Source of the DNA: Candidatus Hydrogenedentota bacterium
GTDB taxonomy: Bacteria; Hydrogenedentota; Hydrogenedentia; Hydrogenedentales; SLHB01
Direction: 5' to 3'
Assembly: GCA_963745075.1 (NCBI GenBank)
Contig: CAVUWV010000031.1
Span: forward strand, 160,001-224,000
Length of the DNA: 64,000 nucleotides
Part shown: piece by piece, positions 60,798-64,000 of the stretch
How the letters are laid out: the number at the start of each line of letters is the position of its first letter
How positions within the stretch are numbered: the stretch's first letter is position 1
Made by a program: the position numbers and the translations under genes
Notes under the pieces: model-generated
Seen by the model: the letters and a program-made list of their open reading frames with translations, nothing else
Databases searched by the model: none
What the model was told of the DNA's origin: nothing

Positions 60798-60929
60798 AAG
60801 TTGTCAAAAAGACGATCGCATTCCGGGCGCGAGGGGCCGAAAGAGATCCTTGCCATTTCCGAACCGGTCACTTACCATCACGAAGGATTCCACGTCGGGA
60901 GGTAACGGGTTGAGAGGATTGGCACGACC

Positions 60930-61916
60930 ATGGCAACGCTGACATTGGCAATTTGTGCCCGAAATGCCGACTCCATCATCGGCGATTGCCTGGCCAGCAT
61001 CGAAACCCAAACGGTTGCGCCGGACGATATCCTGGTGGCCGTGGACGATTGGTCCGACCCCACGGCGGAGGTGGCCCGCAGCCATGGCGCGCGCGTCATT
61101 GCGAGTAACGCGACGGGATTGTACGAAGCGAGAAACAGCGTGCTCGATGCGTGCACCACCGACTATCTGGCCTTTACAGATGCAGACTGTGCGCTGGTCC
61201 CGGAATGGGTCGAATCGGTGAAGGCGGTGCTCGATACGCGGCCGGACGTTGCCGCGGGGACGGGACGGCATCCTCCTGCTGAAGCCCGCAACTTCGCCGC
61301 GTGGCTGCATCACATGTGGTTCATTGTTGAGACCGAGTCCACCGGTGAGACCACGGGGATTATTGGCGGCAACAGCTATTTTCGCACGCAAGCGCTCCGC
61401 GACGTGGGCGGTTGGCTCAAGCTCCCGCGCCACAGTGCGGCGGAGGACGTCTACATCGCTACCGCGCTACGTAAAGCGGGGCACACAATTTGGTTCGAGG
61501 AACGGGCGGCCGTCCGGCATCGCTACGAGACGCGGCTCCGGGGGCTCATGCGAAAGGCGGTGATGATGGGCAAGGACATCGTCGTCATGATGCGAGCCGC
61601 GGGATGGCGCGAAAGCCTTTGGTATTACACGCTGAGCATTCCCATCCTGGCGGGCTTGGTTCCGTTGGGGCTGATCGTCGCGATAGTCGCGCCGTGGCCG
61701 GGCCTGTCCGTCGCCGCGGCGCCGCTCATCCTGACGCTCGGGTATTTGACCGCAAAGTTTGGCAGCCTCGCGATGGCGTTTCCGCGTTGGCTGGCGCGGT
61801 GGTGCGTCATCTGGCCGTACTCCTGGGGGATCCTAAGGGGGTTGGTCACGCCGATTCCCGCATCGGCCCGCATTCGACTGGACGGAGGCGCCGGGCGGAC
61901 GGCGTCGGCACCGTAA
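60930..61916 (+). CDS. Glycosyltransferase family 2 with C-terminal TM helices
   Basis: FTDADC, AAED. Confidence 0.85.
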   Translation: MATLTLAICARNADSIIGDCLASIETQTVAPDDILVAVDDWSDPTAEVARSHGARVIASNATGLYEARNSVLDACTTDYLAFTDADCALVPEWVESVKAVLDTRPDVAAGTGRHPPAEARNFAAWLHHMWFIVETESTGETTGIIGGNSYFRTQALRDVGGWLKLPRHSAAEDVYIATALRKAGHTIWFEERAAVRHRYETRLRGLMRKAVMMGKDIVVMMRAAGWRESLWYYTLSIPILAGLVPLGLIVAIVAPWPGLSVAAAPLILTLGYLTAKFGSLAMAFPRWLARWCVIWPYSWGILRGLVTPIPASARIRLDGGAGRTASAP

Positions 61917-61925
61917 CAGCACTCC

Positions 61926-62429
61926 ATGGACCACGAACGACCAGCAGAACCTGCACCCATTAAAATCTGTCTGACGTGTTCGCACGGAGGCCATCTCACG
62001 GAGATGCTCCAACTGGAAGATGCGTTCGCCGATCATGAAACCTTTTACTTCTGCTACGACGCCGATACCACGCGGCGCCTGCCGAACGCCTATCGCGTTC
62101 CCAACATGGCGCGCAATCCCATCGAATTCGTGAAAAACCTCTGGCGAGTGGTTGGCATATTCCGTAAAGAAAGGCCGGATCTCGTCGTGTCCACCGGTGC
62201 GGAGATTGCTATTCCCGTGGTGCTCGTCGCAAAGGTGTTTCGCGTGCCCGCGTTGTATGTCGAATGCGGCGCGCAAGTCACGACGCCTTCCGTGACGGGC
62301 CGGGTCATGTACTGGCTGGCGGAGCGCTTCTACGTGCAATGGCCGGAGTTATTGGAGGCGTACGGGCCGCGCGCGCGGTTCGACGGCAGTCTGATCGACG
62401 AGGATCGTCCGGTGGAGTCATCGCGATGA
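61926..62429 (+). CDS. Alg14/PssD/CpsF-like glycosyltransferase enhancer subunit
   Basis: SHGGHL, ERPDLVVSTGA, FYVQWP. Confidence 0.9.
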   Translation: MDHERPAEPAPIKICLTCSHGGHLTEMLQLEDAFADHETFYFCYDADTTRRLPNAYRVPNMARNPIEFVKNLWRVVGIFRKERPDLVVSTGAEIAIPVVLVAKVFRVPALYVECGAQVTTPSVTGRVMYWLAERFYVQWPELLEAYGPRARFDGSLIDEDRPVESSR

Positions 62430-62926
62430 TCTATGCAACGGTTGGCACCATGTTCCTGGACTTTCCGCGACTGATCCTGGCGATGGACGCGATTGCACGG
62501 GATACGGGAGAGCGGGTTGTCGTTCAACGAGGGATGGGACAAACGATTCCCTCGCACTGCGATCACTTCGAATTCAAGCCGCGCGACGAGGTGCTTGCGC
62601 TGCAACACGAGGCCCGTGTGGTGGTGTGCCACGCGGGTATCGGGTGCGTATCCGATGCCTTGACGATCAAGCGGCCGCTCATCGTGGTGCCCCGATTGAA
62701 GCGCTACAAGGAACACATGAACGACCACCAGCTCGATCTGGCACGAGCGGTCGAGCGGCGCGGGTGGGGACGAATGGTTTTGGATACCCAGGACCTGCCC
62801 GGCGCGTGCGCGGCGCCGCCGGACGCGTACACGACCTATGCGCCGGCGCGCGAACGGTTGATCAATGCGGTACGATGGATGGTGGACGAGGTCGCCCGGC
62901 GCAAAGCGGAGCGCGCAGGCCGATGA
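62426..62926 (+). CDS. Alg13/PssE/CpsG-like glycosyltransferase (GT28 C-terminal)
   Basis: MIYATVGT, HAGIG, VPR...EHMNDHQ. Confidence 0.9.
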   Translation: MIYATVGTMFLDFPRLILAMDAIARDTGERVVVQRGMGQTIPSHCDHFEFKPRDEVLALQHEARVVVCHAGIGCVSDALTIKRPLIVVPRLKRYKEHMNDHQLDLARAVERRGWGRMVLDTQDLPGACAAPPDAYTTYAPARERLINAVRWMVDEVARRKAERAGR

Positions 62927-63942
62927 GTTATGGCCAACGGCTCAAGCCGCCATCAAAAACCGGGCTCGCGTCGATCGTTGTACCCGCGCATAATGCCGAG
63001 GCGACGTTGGAACGGTGCCTGACGGCCTGCCTTCATCAGACGTATGGGACGATCGAAGTTATCGTCGTAGATGACGGTTCGACGGACGATACGGCTCGTA
63101 TCGCGCAATCCTTTCCCGTAGAATGCCTTTCACAAACACAACGAGGGCCAGCGGCGGCGCGCAACGCGGGCGCCCGGCACGCTCGCGGCGATGTCCTCGT
63201 CTTCACGGATTCCGATTGTGTTCCGCATGCGGATTGGGTGGAGCAGCTCCTTTCGGGATTTGAGGATGGTGCAGCGGCCGTGGGTGGAACCTACAGTACC
63301 GCAAACCCCGAATCGCTGTTGGCACGACTGATTCACGAGGAGATCATGGTTCGACACGATCGGTATGACGCGGAGGTCGATTTCCTGGGATCGTTCAATG
63401 TGGCGTATCGCCGCTGCGCATTCGAAAAGGCGGGCGGATTCGACGAAGACTTCCGCATGGCGTCTGGTGAAGACAACGACTTGGCATATCGCCTGGCCGA
63501 CGCGGGCGAGCGCCTTCGATTCGTGCGGGAGGCCGTCGTGAAGCATCATCATCCCGATCGACTGATTCCGTACTTGCGAAGTCAGATGCGGCATGGCTTC
63601 TGGCGCATGAAGCTGTATGCGAAACATCCCCGCCGGTCGGGCGGTGACCGGTATGCCGGGCTCTCCGACCTGCTGGCGCCGGCACTTCTTTGCCTGCTGG
63701 CGGTCACAGTGGCGCTGGGCTTGCTGGTTGGCTTTCAGACGCGGGTTGCGCCCGCGCTTCTATTCCTTTTCAGCGTGCTTCTCCTTTCGCGATTTCCGGT
63801 TCCGTTGCGCATGATGCGCCGGGCGCGCGATCCGCGTATGCTGACCTTCGTGCCAATCATGCTCTTGCGCGACGGCGCACGCGCAGCCGGCATGATCCAC
63901 GGCATTTGGACGTTCCTGATTCTCAGAAGGAAAACCGCTTGA
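62923..63942 (+). CDS. Glycosyltransferase family 2
   Basis: VVPAHNA, VDDGSTD, ARNAG, FTDSD, GEDNDL. Confidence 0.9.
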   Translation: MSYGQRLKPPSKTGLASIVVPAHNAEATLERCLTACLHQTYGTIEVIVVDDGSTDDTARIAQSFPVECLSQTQRGPAAARNAGARHARGDVLVFTDSDCVPHADWVEQLLSGFEDGAAAVGGTYSTANPESLLARLIHEEIMVRHDRYDAEVDFLGSFNVAYRRCAFEKAGGFDEDFRMASGEDNDLAYRLADAGERLRFVREAVVKHHHPDRLIPYLRSQMRHGFWRMKLYAKHPRRSGGDRYAGLSDLLAPALLCLLAVTVALGLLVGFQTRVAPALLFLFSVLLLSRFPVPLRMMRRARDPRMLTFVPIMLLRDGARAAGMIHGIWTFLILRRKTA

Positions 63943-64000
63943 TGCCGCGCGTACTCGTCATTATCCCGGCATACAACGAAGAGGAAACGATCGGGGACGT
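63942..64000 (+). CDS. Glycosyltransferase family 2 (partial)
   Basis: MPRVLVIIPAYNEEETIGD; truncated by the window end. Confidence 0.8.
   Translation, partial: MPRVLVIIPAYNEEETIGD

Overview
GC-rich bacterial chromosome segment. Gene style (many secreted repeat proteins, 'GCP' lipoproteins, C-terminal membrane anchors) suggests a Hydrogenedentota/PVC-like lineage; this is inference only. Left part: yicC, a surface-glycan cluster with a C25 (gingipain-family) peptidase, and a Ser/Thr kinase next to an FHA-GAF-sigma54 activator and an ELWxxDGT protein. These are followed by a consensus sigma54 promoter with a candidate enhancer that drives a structured transcript. Middle part (about 26.4-41.9 kb): a rearranged accessory zone around comM and a Fpg/Nei gene. 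It holds a duplicated comM 3' end, TA modules, a complete IS1595-family element with 24-bp TIRs, an 8-bp TSD and two passenger genes, split Y1/RAYT-like transposase halves and an IS66 remnant. A shared GGACA-n-A-n-TAC motif marks many of the junctions. Right part: acs, a highly structured intergenic region of about 600 nt (candidate novel ncRNA or regulatory leader), and a sugar/envelope cluster. That cluster includes a radical SAM enzyme and two tandem ~785-aa paralogs fusing a degenerate radical-SAM-like domain to a GT2 glycosyltransferase. Six single-base insertions break otherwise intact genes and are probably sequencing errors.
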